From NCBI GenBank assembly GCA_049325335.1, contig JBMOMC010000006.1, positions 1 to 64,000 on the forward strand: a DNA stretch of 64,000 nt. Direction: 5' to 3'. The DNA is from Nitrospirota bacterium (GTDB taxonomy: Bacteria > Nitrospirota > Nitrospiria > 2-01-FULL-66-17). The notes under the pieces were generated by a model, which was given only the letters and a program-made list of their open reading frames with translations, was not told the origin of the DNA and searched no databases. Below, one piece after another: positions 1-9,518 of this stretch. Numbering within the stretch: position 1 is the first letter of the stretch; every line of letters starts with the position of its first letter. The position numbers and the translations under genes were made by a program.

Positions 1-2835
1 CGGCTGCCCGAAGGGGTGACGCCGATTCTCGGCCCCGACGCGACCGGCGTGGGCTGGGTGTATCAATACGCATTGGTGGACAAGACGGGCCGGCACGATC
101 TGGCCGAGTTGCGTTCGTTCCAGGATTGGTTCCTGCGTTATCAGCTCCAGTCCGTCCCGGGCGTGGCGGAGGTGGCGTCGGTCGGCGGGTTCGTGAAGCA
201 GTACCAGATCGCGGTCGACCCGAACAAGCTGCTGGCCTACCACATCCCCCTCACGCGGGTGATCGACGCGGTCCGCATGAGCAACAACGACGTGGGTGGG
301 CGCGCGATCGAGATGAGCGAGCGCGAATACATGATCCGGGGCCGCGGCTATCTGCAATCGCTCCAGGATCTCCAGGTCGTGCCGCTGGGGACCTCCGCGA
401 CGGGCACGCCGATCCTGCTCCAAGACCTGGCCACGATCGCGCTCGGACCGGAGATGCGCCGCGGGGTCGTGGAACTCAACGGCGAAGGCGAGGTCGTCGG
501 CGGCGTCGTCGTGATGCGCTACGGCGAGAACGCGCTCGCGGTGATCGACCGGGTGAAAGCCAAACTCGCGCAATTGCAGCCGTCCTTTCCGGAGGGCATC
601 TCCGTGGTCGCGACGTACGACCGCTCCGACCTGATCCACCGCGCCATCGCGACGCTGCGCGAGAAGCTGGTCGAGGTCACGGTGGTCGTGAGTTTGGTGA
701 GCATCGTCTTCTTGTTTCATGTCCGTTCGGCGCTGGTCGCCATTCTGACATTGCCCCTCGCCTTGTTCCTTTCGTTCATTGCGATGCAGGCCTTGGGGTT
801 GACGTCCAACATCATGTCGCTGGGCGGGATCGCGATCGCGGTCGGGGCCATGGTGGATGCCGCGATCGTGATGATCGAGGGCGCGCACCAGCGGCTCGAA
901 CAGGACCCGGCCGCCGCGCGCGACCCCGCTCGGCGCCGCGCGATCATCATCGACGCCGCCAAAGAGTTGGGTCGGCCGTTGTTCTTCTCCCTGTTGATTA
1001 TCACCGTGTCGTTCCTCCCGGTCTTCACGTTGGAGGCGCAGGAAGGGCGATTGTTCAAGCCGCTCGCGTTCACCAAGACGTTTTCGATGTTTTTTGCCTC
1101 GATCGTGTCGATCACCGTGGTCCCGTTGCTCATGGTGGCTCTGATTCGGGGCCACATTACTCCCACCGCCAAGAACCCGATCAACCGTGCCCTGGTCGCG
1201 CTCTACGCCCCCGTGGCGCGCGTGGCCCTGCGGCATGGCGTGGTCGTCATGGCCGCGGCCGTGCTCCTCCTGGTCACGACGATCCCGATCTACCGCTCGT
1301 TGGGGTCGGAATTCATGCCGCCGCTCAATGAGGGCACGATCCTCTACATGCCCACTGCGCTTCCCGGTATTTCCATCACCAAGGCCACACAGGTCCTCCA
1401 GCAACAGAACGCGTTACTCAAGACCATCCCCGAAGTGGACACCGTGTTTGGGAAGATCGGCCGTGCCGAGACCGCCACCGACCCCGCGCCCTTGTCCATG
1501 GCCGAGACTACGATCACGCTCAAGCCCGAGTCCGAGTGGCGTCCCGGGATGACGTGGGATGGCCTCATCGCCGAGATGGATCGGCTGGTCCACTTTCCCG
1601 GTATGCCCAACATCTGGTGGATGCCGATCCAGACCCGCACCGAGATGCTGGCCACGGGCGTGCGCAGCGCGGTCGGGATCAAGATCTTGGGCCGCGATCT
1701 GACGGACATCGACCGCGTGGGTCAGGAGATCGAAGGCGCGCTGTCGGATCTTCCCGGGACGCGCAGCGCATTCGCCGAACGGGTCACCGGCGGCTACTAC
1801 CTCGACATTACGGTGGATCGGGGACAGGCGGCGCGGTACGGCCTCACGGTCGGCGACGTGGAACACGTGATCGAGGCGGCGATCGGGGGCGTCAACGTGA
1901 CGACCACGGTGGAAGGCCGCGAACGGTACCCGGTGAACGTGCGATACGCCCGGGGGTTGCGCGAAGACCCGGAGAGCCTTGCGCGCGTGCTGGTGCCGAC
2001 GCCCGGAGGCGCCACGGTGCCGCTGGGCCAGCTCGCGACCGTCGAAACGACGATGGGACCCTCGATGGTGCGTGATGAAAACGGCTCACTGGCAGGGATC
2101 GTGTACGTGGATGTAACGGGCCGTGACTTGGCCGGCTACGTGGAGGAGGCCAAACAACGCGTGGCCGAACGGGTCACGCTGCCTGCGGGGACGTCGCTGG
2201 TCTGGGCGGGTTCGTACGAATACCTGCTGCGGGCGCAAGACCGGATGAAGGTCGTGGTGCCGGTGACGCTGTTGCTCGTCTTCGTGTTGCTCTACCTAAA
2301 CTTCCGGTCGGTGGCGCAGACGCTGATCGTGTTGCTCTCGATTCCCTTCGCCGTGGTGGGCAGTGTGCTGTTGCTGGGCCTGTTGCACTACAACCTCAGC
2401 GTCGCGGTGTGGGTGGGCATCATCGCGCTGGCGGGCGTGGCCGCGGAGACCGGCGTGGTTATGGTGATCTACCTCGATGAAGCGTTCCACCGTCGCCGGC
2501 GCGAGGGGCGGTTGCGCTCGCGCGCCGAGCTGCTGGACGCGGTGATCGAGGGCGCGGTCCTTCGGGTGAGGCCGGTGGTCATGACGGTGTCGGCGATCAT
2601 CTTCGGACTCATCCCCATCATGTGGAGCCACGGCGCAGGGGCGGACGTGATGAAACGCATCGCCGCGCCCATGATCGGCGGCATGGTCACGTCCACGTTG
2701 TTGACGCTCATCGTGATCCCGGTGATCTATCTGTGGTGGAGGGGACGCTCGTTGTCCGAGCCAAGTGCGTTCTCTCCGAGCGGAAACGACAATGCGGCCG
2801 TTGAGGGGACGTCGGTCGAACGCTTCGCACCATGA
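1..2835 (+). CDS. cusA: CusA-type Cu(I)/Ag(I) RND efflux permease (5' end outside window)
   Basis: Frame open from base 1 (RLPEGVTPILGPDATGVGWVYQY); CusA hallmarks GPDATGVGW, SLGGIAIAVGAMVDAAIVMIE, LYMP, DPAPLSM, RTEML, GVAAETGVVM, RVRPVVMT. Confidence 0.95.
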   Translation, partial: RLPEGVTPILGPDATGVGWVYQYALVDKTGRHDLAELRSFQDWFLRYQLQSVPGVAEVASVGGFVKQYQIAVDPNKLLAYHIPLTRVIDAVRMSNNDVGGRAIEMSEREYMIRGRGYLQSLQDLQVVPLGTSATGTPILLQDLATIALGPEMRRGVVELNGEGEVVGGVVVMRYGENALAVIDRVKAKLAQLQPSFPEGISVVATYDRSDLIHRAIATLREKLVEVTVVVSLVSIVFLFHVRSALVAILTLPLALFLSFIAMQALGLTSNIMSLGGIAIAVGAMVDAAIVMIEGAHQRLEQDPAAARDPARRRAIIIDAAKELGRPLFFSLLIITVSFLPVFTLEAQEGRLFKPLAFTKTFSMFFASIVSITVVPLLMVALIRGHITPTAKNPINRALVALYAPVARVALRHGVVVMAAAVLLLVTTIPIYRSLGSEFMPPLNEGTILYMPTALPGISITKATQVLQQQNALLKTIPEVDTVFGKIGRAETATDPAPLSMAETTITLKPESEWRPGMTWDGLIAEMDRLVHFPGMPNIWWMPIQTRTEMLATGVRSAVGIKILGRDLTDIDRVGQEIEGALSDLPGTRSAFAERVTGGYYLDITVDRGQAARYGLTVGDVEHVIEAAIGGVNVTTTVEGRERYPVNVRYARGLREDPESLARVLVPTPGGATVPLGQLATVETTMGPSMVRDENGSLAGIVYVDVTGRDLAGYVEEAKQRVAERVTLPAGTSLVWAGSYEYLLRAQDRMKVVVPVTLLLVFVLLYLNFRSVAQTLIVLLSIPFAVVGSVLLLGLLHYNLSVAVWVGIIALAGVAAETGVVMVIYLDEAFHRRRREGRLRSRAELLDAVIEGAVLRVRPVVMTVSAIIFGLIPIMWSHGAGADVMKRIAAPMIGGMVTSTLLTLIVIPVIYLWWRGRSLSEPSAFSPSGNDNAAVEGTSVERFAP

Positions 2836-3011
2836 CCCGATTGTTCTGCAACCGATTGGCTGAGTTACCGCTTTTGTTCACGGGGCTCGTTTTGGCTCTG
2901 GATCTCCTTCGAGGAGAGATGGATTACTTGTCGAGTCCCAATATGTGGTGGATGCCGCTCCAGGCCTTGGCCGAGATGCTGTCAGGGCGCGAGTGCACAG
3001 TTTGCCCATAG
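2832..3011 (+). other. 59-aa small ORF (or remnant) overlapping the cusA stop (ATGA), containing a diverged copy of a CusA internal segment and a C-terminal CxxC
   Basis: Hand translation MTRLFCNRLAELPLLFTGLVLALDLLRGEMDYLSSPNMWWMPLQALAEMLSGRECTVCP; matches CusA EMDRLVHFPGMPNIWWMPIQTRTEMLATG (nt ~1570-1660). Confidence 0.45.
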
Positions 3012-3020
3012 GCTGGCTAA

Positions 3021-3269
3021 ATGAAAAAGATTAGGGTGAAAAAGAGAAGGCGTTGGATAGAGCAAGCGGTCCTGTGGTCACTCATTACGGCTGTTGGCGC
3101 CATTATTATGTTGGGGGTGTTCTATTTTGGCGACAATCGCGGTGGCCACATGTCCACCACCGACACGGAAACCGAACGGGCTTCTCCAGGCGAACCCCAG
3201 GAGGAGTCGATGGACACCGTTTCTTCTGGCGTCGGAGATCATGATCCTCGTGCTCACAATGCGCACTAG
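3021..3269 (+). CDS. small single-TM hypothetical protein with acidic/His tail
   Basis: Basic N-terminus, one hydrophobic helix, C-terminal DHDPRAHNAH; weak RBS. Confidence 0.45.
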   Translation: MKKIRVKKRRRWIEQAVLWSLITAVGAIIMLGVFYFGDNRGGHMSTTDTETERASPGEPQEESMDTVSSGVGDHDPRAHNAH

Positions 3270-3388
3270 GCTGGCGATAGGTTTGGTCGCCTCAGCCATT
3301 GTTGTTTGGGACGCCCACTCGCGAAAACCGTCCTCGTCCCTTGCGATACAGGCGGTTTCGCATACGCGTCACCGGGGAATACCGCGCG

Positions 3389-3417
3389 TTGACTTTCAGT
3401 CACTTGTCGAGTAGGGT
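3389..3417 (+). promoter_or_regulatory. putative sigma70 promoter for the leader ORF-czcCBA operon
   Basis: TTGACT (3389-3394), 17-nt spacer, TAGGGT (3412-3417); small dyad TGACT-TTC-AGTCA overlaps the -35. Confidence 0.5.
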
Positions 3418-3435
3418 TGGATACCGACACCGGCG

Positions 3436-3846
3436 ATGAAGAGAGACATTCCCGTGCGATCAACATATCATCGGTCATCAGCCATCGGGATTTTGACCCT
3501 GTTGGCGGTTTTGATCCTGGCGCCATGCCTGCACGCGCAGGGGACGGAGATCGTCGAACCGCACGCGCCGGCGTCGCATGCCAGCGATCGGGATCCGTGC
3601 TGTTTTGATTCCTATACCCATCGGTTCGTTGAATCGCATCCGCCGTGTGCCGATGCCGTGACCGTCGCGCGGGGCGCCTTGGACCGAGAAACCACCCAGC
3701 CAGTCACAGCCGCTGTTCCGGTTCCTCTCTCATTACAGGACTGGGACCAAGTTGACGTCGATCTGACGACCCCGTTCCGCGAGGAACGCGGCTTCAAAGC
3801 CCAATCCGCCTCCCTGTATACCCTGCACCGGCAGTACCGTCTCTAA
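3436..3846 (+). CDS. exported His/Cys-containing leader protein upstream of czcCBA (candidate regulatory uORF)
   Basis: Signal-peptide-like N-terminus, HAPASH..DPCC..H..HPPC centre, C-terminus LYTLHRQYRL shared with 10368-10721. Confidence 0.7.
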   Translation: MKRDIPVRSTYHRSSAIGILTLLAVLILAPCLHAQGTEIVEPHAPASHASDRDPCCFDSYTHRFVESHPPCADAVTVARGALDRETTQPVTAAVPVPLSLQDWDQVDVDLTTPFREERGFKAQSASLYTLHRQYRL

Positions 3847-3956
3847 ACCCGTCTCCGCACCTCAACGCTAGGTAGGTTCGACTCAGCGTTCCCGACCAGG
3901 GTCCGCGGCTACGTTGCACGCGCCCGGGTCTGGACCCCTTTGCTGCGGAGCGTTTA

Positions 3957-5303
3957 ATGACCAAGGATCTTTCCACACGACGAGTGTTTGTCGGTTTGGT
4001 GTTTATGATGTCTGTGGCGGCCTGGAGTCGGCCGGTCGTTGCCGAGGACCGCGCAACTCATGAAACGCCGCGTGCCGTCAACGTTGAAGAAGCCGTTGAA
4101 ACAGCGCTCCGGCAAAACCCCGAGTTGAAAAGCCGGGAGCAGGAGCGGGCGACCGCCCAAGGCGTGCTGCTGCAGACGGGGGCGTACCCCAATCCGGAAC
4201 TCGATCTGGACCTGGAGACTGATCGGTTCTTCGCCGGAGACGGAGAAGGGCGACGGTCGATCGGTATTACCCAAACCATCGTGACGGCCGGCAAGCGAGG
4301 TCAACGTCAGGACAACGCCCGTCTCGGCGTCACGATGGTCGAGCAGACTGTCGACGACGCGAAGCGGCGATTGATCGCGGAGGTCGAGGACGCGTTCTAT
4401 CGGCTGCTGTTCACCCAGGAGCGCATGACGTTCGCGCGTGAGCAGATCGACCTGGCCAACCGCTTGGTTGTGCTCAGCGAGGGGCGCTTCCGCGAAGGGT
4501 TCGCTCCTGAAATGGACGTGACCCTTGCCAAAGTCGAGTACCACACCAGAGTGCAGGAGACCGTGGCTCTCGAACAGGAACTGGTGGATGCCCGAGCGGC
4601 CCTCAACACGCTGATGGGCCGGGCCGCCGAGGAGCTGATCACGGCCCAAGGCACTCTGCGCGCGGCTCCCGTTGTCATGAAGCAGAACTCCGCCCTTCAG
4701 AATGAGGCGCTCGGACGGAGGCCCGATCTCCGCGCCTTGACCGTTGAATCTGAACGAGCGGAGGGTGAGGTCGCGCTCGTTCGAGCGGAGCGCGTTCCGG
4801 ATCTGGCTGTCTCGCTCGATGTGACCGAAGAGCGGACCATCTTCGACGAGCCGGGTCTCTCTGACAGCGACCGGCTCTTGGGGGTAAAGCTCTCGATCCC
4901 GCTCCCGCTGTTCGACCGCAAGCGAGGGGAGTTGATGGCGGCGCAATCGCGTCTGCGGCGAGCCGAATCCGAACGCGCGGCCTTGAAAGCCCGCATCGCG
5001 CAAGAGGTCCATGTGGCAGTCGCCCGCATCGCCTCGGCCGAAGAGCGGCTCCACCACTTTGAGAACGACGTGGTGCCCCTCGCCAAAAACAATCTCGATC
5101 TCACCCGACAGGCGTACGAACAAGGGTTGGCCGGGATCCTCCAGATCATGGAGGCCCAGCGGCGATTCGCGGAGACGCAACTCGGTTATCTCGGCGTGCA
5201 GTATGAGCACCAAGTGGCGCTGGTGGCGCTGGAGCGAGACATCGGCGGCCGGATCGGTGGAACCGCACCCATGAGTCGCCCAGACGAAGGAGACGGGCCA
5301 TGA
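3957..5303 (+). CDS. czcC: CzcC/TolC-family outer membrane efflux protein
   Basis: Signal peptide, ALRQNPEL, YPNPEL, LSIPLPLFDR, QAYEQG motifs; first gene of an OMF-MFP-RND operon. Confidence 0.88.
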   Translation: MTKDLSTRRVFVGLVFMMSVAAWSRPVVAEDRATHETPRAVNVEEAVETALRQNPELKSREQERATAQGVLLQTGAYPNPELDLDLETDRFFAGDGEGRRSIGITQTIVTAGKRGQRQDNARLGVTMVEQTVDDAKRRLIAEVEDAFYRLLFTQERMTFAREQIDLANRLVVLSEGRFREGFAPEMDVTLAKVEYHTRVQETVALEQELVDARAALNTLMGRAAEELITAQGTLRAAPVVMKQNSALQNEALGRRPDLRALTVESERAEGEVALVRAERVPDLAVSLDVTEERTIFDEPGLSDSDRLLGVKLSIPLPLFDRKRGELMAAQSRLRRAESERAALKARIAQEVHVAVARIASAEERLHHFENDVVPLAKNNLDLTRQAYEQGLAGILQIMEAQRRFAETQLGYLGVQYEHQVALVALERDIGGRIGGTAPMSRPDEGDGP

Positions 5304-6334
5304 AACGATGGACGAACGTGAGGAGATTCGGATGGCGGGTCATTATCGGCGTGTTCGTGTTGGTCGTTGCGTTGCGGATGGGAAGTGCCTATCCGGTTCG
5401 CGCCGATGAAGGGCACACCCGTGCCGAGTCCAAGACAGAGCAGCCCCATGCTGACACCAAGGAGGCCGGCGAGCCGGACGGTCATGCCGCGGATGAAATG
5501 GAAGGCATTCGCCTGAGCGACGAGGCGAAACGCAACATCGGCCTGACCGTGGAACCGGCTGCGGCCCGGACGATCCAAAAGGTCATCAGCATCAACGGCG
5601 TCGTGAAACCCCAGGCCAACCGGTTGGCGGCCGTCGGGCCCAAGACCGAGGCCATCGTGGAGCGCGCGCTGGTCAATCCCTGGGATCGCGTGAAGCAAGG
5701 GCAGCTCTTGGCCGAGTTGCGGAGCCGGCAGTTCGGCAACCCGCCCCCGTTGATTCCGCTCACCGCGCCGATCGCGGGCGTGATCTCCAAATGGGATGCC
5801 AAGGTCGGCGAGGCCGTGGGGCCGGGCTCGGTGCTGTTCGAGATCATCGATCCCTCGGTCATGTGGGTCGAAGGCGATCTGCCCGAGCACGAATCGCAGC
5901 AGGTCCGGGTGGGGCAGACCGCCCGCGTCAGCGTGGTGGCCTTGCCCGACCACGTGTTCGAGGGACGCATCGTCCGCATGGGCGGGATGGTCGAGCCCGA
6001 GAAACGCACGGTGCACGTGTGGGTCGAGGTGCCCAATCCCCGCTATGAGCTCAAGCCGGAAATGTTCTCGCAATTGGCGATCGTCGTGGGCAGCCGATCC
6101 CAGGTCCTGGCGATTCCCAAGCAGGCGGTCCTCCGCGCCGGCGGCGAGTTGGTGGTGTTTGTCGAAGCAGGAGACGCGTACCGTCGCCGCAGCGTGGCTA
6201 CCGGGACTCAGGATGACCGCTACGTCGAAATCGTGCGAGGCCTTGAGCCGGGCGACCGCGTCGTCACACAAGGCCACTACGAACTGCTGTCCTCGATTGT
6301 GATCAAGGGCGGCGTGCAAGAACACGGGCACTGA
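5300..6334 (+). CDS. czcB: CzcB-like RND periplasmic adaptor (apparently lacking the alpha-hairpin)
   Basis: His/acidic N-terminal linker, VKQGQLLAEL..LTAPIAG lipoyl halves, LKPEMF, GLEPGDRVVTQG; ATGA overlap with czcC. Confidence 0.85.
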   Translation: MKRWTNVRRFGWRVIIGVFVLVVALRMGSAYPVRADEGHTRAESKTEQPHADTKEAGEPDGHAADEMEGIRLSDEAKRNIGLTVEPAAARTIQKVISINGVVKPQANRLAAVGPKTEAIVERALVNPWDRVKQGQLLAELRSRQFGNPPPLIPLTAPIAGVISKWDAKVGEAVGPGSVLFEIIDPSVMWVEGDLPEHESQQVRVGQTARVSVVALPDHVFEGRIVRMGGMVEPEKRTVHVWVEVPNPRYELKPEMFSQLAIVVGSRSQVLAIPKQAVLRAGGELVVFVEAGDAYRRRSVATGTQDDRYVEIVRGLEPGDRVVTQGHYELLSSIVIKGGVQEHGH

Positions 6335-6346
6335 GGAGGATGCGGC

Positions 6347-9300
6347 ATGTGGTCCAAGATCGTCGACTTCTCGCTGAAGAACTGGTTGCTCGTGGTCGCC
6401 GGGGCGCTGCTCGTGCTCTTCGCGGGCGCTCGCGTGGCGTCGCAGATGCCGGTGGACGTGTACCCCGATATCACCGACCCGCGGGTCACGATTCTGACCG
6501 AGGCTCCGGGCTGGTCGCCGGAGGAGGTCGAGGCGCTGGTGACCTTTCCCCTGGAAAGCGTGTTCAACGGCATGCCGTTCGTGACCCGTGTCCGGTCCTC
6601 CTCGGGGATCGGGCTCTCGGTGGTGATCGTGGAATTTGCGTGGGGCACCGACGTGTTCCAGGCCCGACAGATCGTCACCGAGCGCCTGGCCACCGTGAAG
6701 CTCCCTGCAGGGGCCGAGGCGCCGTTCATGACGCCGATCGCGTCGCGGCTGGGCGAGATCGTCGAGTTCGCGTTAGTGGACGAGAAGAACAGCCTCTCGC
6801 CACTGGAGATGCGGGATTTGGCCGACTGGGTGATCCGGTTTCGGCTCCAATCAGCCGGAGGCATCGCCAATATCCTGAATATGGGCGGGTTCGTGAAGGA
6901 GTACCAGGTGGTCGTCCATCCGGTGCACCTGACCCACTACGGCCTCTCCCTCAGTGACGTCTTCGAAGCCCTCGAGCAAAGCAATCTCAACGCCGCGGGC
7001 GGATTCTCCCAGGAGCGGCAGCAGGAGTATCTGATCCGCGGGCTCGGACGGATTCAGACGTTGGCCGATATCGAGAACGTGGTGATCACCACCCGGGACA
7101 GCGTGCCGATCTATGTCAAAGACGTGGCCGAGGTCAGAGTGGCGGGGCCGGCGGTCCGGCGGGGAGCGGGGAGCCTGAACGGCAACGAAGCCGTGCTCGG
7201 GCGAATCGTGAAGCAGCCGGGCACCAACACGCTGGAGTTGACGGCCAAGGTCTTCGGGATCTTCGATGAGCTCGAGACCACCCTTCCGGACGGCGTTCGG
7301 ATCGCCACCGAGTACGTGCAGGCCGAGGTCATTGAACGGGCGATCCGCACGGTGCGGGAGTCCTTTCTCGAAGGCGCGGTCCTGGTGGTGGTGATTCTGT
7401 TCGTCTTTCTGTGGAACCTTCGCGCCTCGCTGATCACGCTGACCGCCATTCCTTTGTCATTGATCCTCGGGGTGCTGTTCATCGCCGTCCAGGGAATGAC
7501 GCTCAATGTCATGACCCTGGCGGCGCTGACGATCGCGATTGGCCTGGTGGTGGACGATGCGATCATCGTGGTCGAGAACATCCACCGGCGCTTGCGAGAG
7601 GCATCGGGCCAGTCCTCGCCGGTGGGGAACGACGCCAGGCGAGAGATCGTGCTGGCGGCCACGAAGGAGATCGTGGGCTCGGTGGTCTACGCCACGATCA
7701 TCATCATGCTGGTCTTTCTCCCAATCTTCGCGTTCAAGGGGATCGAGGGCCGGCTCTTCGGGCCGCTGGCGACCACCGTGATCGTGGCGATGGCTGCCTC
7801 GCTGCTGGTGTCGGTCACGCTCAATCCCGCGCTGAGCTACCTGTTCCTGGCGTCCCAGTCAGGGTCCGTGCACCGCGAAAGCCCCATCCTGGCCTGGGTG
7901 CATCGCTGGTATCGGCCGCTGCTGACCCGCGTGCTCCGGCATCGCTGGCCAGTGGTCGGGATCGTGTTCGTGATCATCGCCGTGGCCGTGGCGCTGACGC
8001 CGTTCGTGGGCAAGGAGTTCCTGCCGATCATGGACGAGGGGACGTACGTGATCAACGTGCGCATGCTGCCCGGCACCTCGCTTGAGGAGTCGTTGCGCAT
8101 CGGCAGACAGGTGGAGCGGGCGCTCCTGGAGATCCCCGAGGTGGTCTCCACCTCGGCCCGCACCGGGCGCGCGGAGCAGGACGAGCACGCCGAGGGCGTC
8201 AACGTGAACGAAATCCTCGTCAACGTGAAGCCGCCGGAGCAGCGCACGCGGCCGCGCGAAGCGCTGCTCGCCGATATTCGCGAGAAGCTGGAACAATTCC
8301 CCGGCGCCGCGACGTTCGTAGGCCAGCCCATCCAACACCGGATCGACGAACTCCTCTCCGGCGTGACCGCGCAGGTGGCGATCAAGCTCTTCGGTCCCGA
8401 CCTCGAGGTCCTGCGCTCCACGGCGCAGAACCTGGCCGCGGCGGTGCGGTCGGTCCCCGGTGCGGCCGACGTGCTGGTCGAACAGCAGGTGGATATCCCC
8501 CAACTCCAGATCCAGGTGGATCGCAACGCCGCGGCCCGCTACGGGCTGTCGGTGGGCCAGGTGTCGCGGTTTATCGAGACGGCGTTCAAGGGAGAAGCGG
8601 CGACCCAGGTCATCGATGGACAACGCACATACGACCTCACCGTCATCTTCGATCAGGCCTATCGCGACGACGTCGACAAGATGCGGCAACTACTCATCGA
8701 CACACCCGCTGGTCCGACGGTGCCATTGGAACGGGTCGCCCAAATCCGCTACGGCAAAGGTCCCAACACCATCAACCGCGAGAACGTGTCGCGGCGGATC
8801 GTCATTCAATCCAATGTCCAAGGTCGGGACCTGGGCGGGTACATCGAGGAGGTGCAGGCCGCGGTAGCGCAGCGGGTCAGGTTGCCGGAAGGGTACTTCG
8901 TGGTCTACGGCGGGCAGTTCGAAGCGCAGCAGGAAGCCATGCGGCAGCTAATTCTCCTGGGCGGCCTGATCCTGGTGGCGGTGTTTCTCCTGCTGTATAT
9001 GAGTCTCGGGTCGGTCACCTCGGCCGTGCTGGTGATGTCCAATCTGCCATTTGCGCTGGCGGGCGGCGTCTTTGCGGTCTTCCTCTCGGGCGGCGTGCTC
9101 TCCATTCCCTCGGCCATCGGCTTTATCCTGCTGTTCGGGATCGCGATCCGCAATGGGATCATCCTGATCATGCACATCAAGACCCTCCGGGAACAAGAGG
9201 GGCTGCCCCTTGAGGAGGCGATCCTGGTGGGCGCGGAGCACCGCGTGAGTCCGGTGCTGATGACCGCGTTGGCTGCGGGCATCGGCATGGTGCCGCTGGC

Positions 9301-9460
9301 GCTGGCGACCGGTTCGGGAGCCGAACTGCTCAAGCCGTTGGCGACCGTGATTGTAGGGGGCATGGTCACCAGCACGGCGCTGACGCTCTTGGCGCTTCCG
9401 GCGTTGTATGACTTGGTGGAGAAACGCGCGTTTGCGTCACCCCGCAGGCCGCCGGCGTGA
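6347..9460 (+). CDS. czcA: CzcA-family heavy-metal (probably divalent cation) RND permease
   Basis: 1037 aa; PVDVYPDI, PEEVEALVTFPLE, AIGLVVDDAIIVVEN, DEHAEGVN, GIAIRNGI, PVLMTA. Confidence 0.92.
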   Translation: MWSKIVDFSLKNWLLVVAGALLVLFAGARVASQMPVDVYPDITDPRVTILTEAPGWSPEEVEALVTFPLESVFNGMPFVTRVRSSSGIGLSVVIVEFAWGTDVFQARQIVTERLATVKLPAGAEAPFMTPIASRLGEIVEFALVDEKNSLSPLEMRDLADWVIRFRLQSAGGIANILNMGGFVKEYQVVVHPVHLTHYGLSLSDVFEALEQSNLNAAGGFSQERQQEYLIRGLGRIQTLADIENVVITTRDSVPIYVKDVAEVRVAGPAVRRGAGSLNGNEAVLGRIVKQPGTNTLELTAKVFGIFDELETTLPDGVRIATEYVQAEVIERAIRTVRESFLEGAVLVVVILFVFLWNLRASLITLTAIPLSLILGVLFIAVQGMTLNVMTLAALTIAIGLVVDDAIIVVENIHRRLREASGQSSPVGNDARREIVLAATKEIVGSVVYATIIIMLVFLPIFAFKGIEGRLFGPLATTVIVAMAASLLVSVTLNPALSYLFLASQSGSVHRESPILAWVHRWYRPLLTRVLRHRWPVVGIVFVIIAVAVALTPFVGKEFLPIMDEGTYVINVRMLPGTSLEESLRIGRQVERALLEIPEVVSTSARTGRAEQDEHAEGVNVNEILVNVKPPEQRTRPREALLADIREKLEQFPGAATFVGQPIQHRIDELLSGVTAQVAIKLFGPDLEVLRSTAQNLAAAVRSVPGAADVLVEQQVDIPQLQIQVDRNAAARYGLSVGQVSRFIETAFKGEAATQVIDGQRTYDLTVIFDQAYRDDVDKMRQLLIDTPAGPTVPLERVAQIRYGKGPNTINRENVSRRIVIQSNVQGRDLGGYIEEVQAAVAQRVRLPEGYFVVYGGQFEAQQEAMRQLILLGGLILVAVFLLLYMSLGSVTSAVLVMSNLPFALAGGVFAVFLSGGVLSIPSAIGFILLFGIAIRNGIILIMHIKTLREQEGLPLEEAILVGAEHRVSPVLMTALAAGIGMVPLALATGSGAELLKPLATVIVGGMVTSTALTLLALPALYDLVEKRAFASPRRPPA

Positions 9461-9518
9461 TCGGGGCATCACACTGGCTCCGCAGTCTGACCAAGGGTCC
9501 GGGCTGTTCGGCGCGAAC

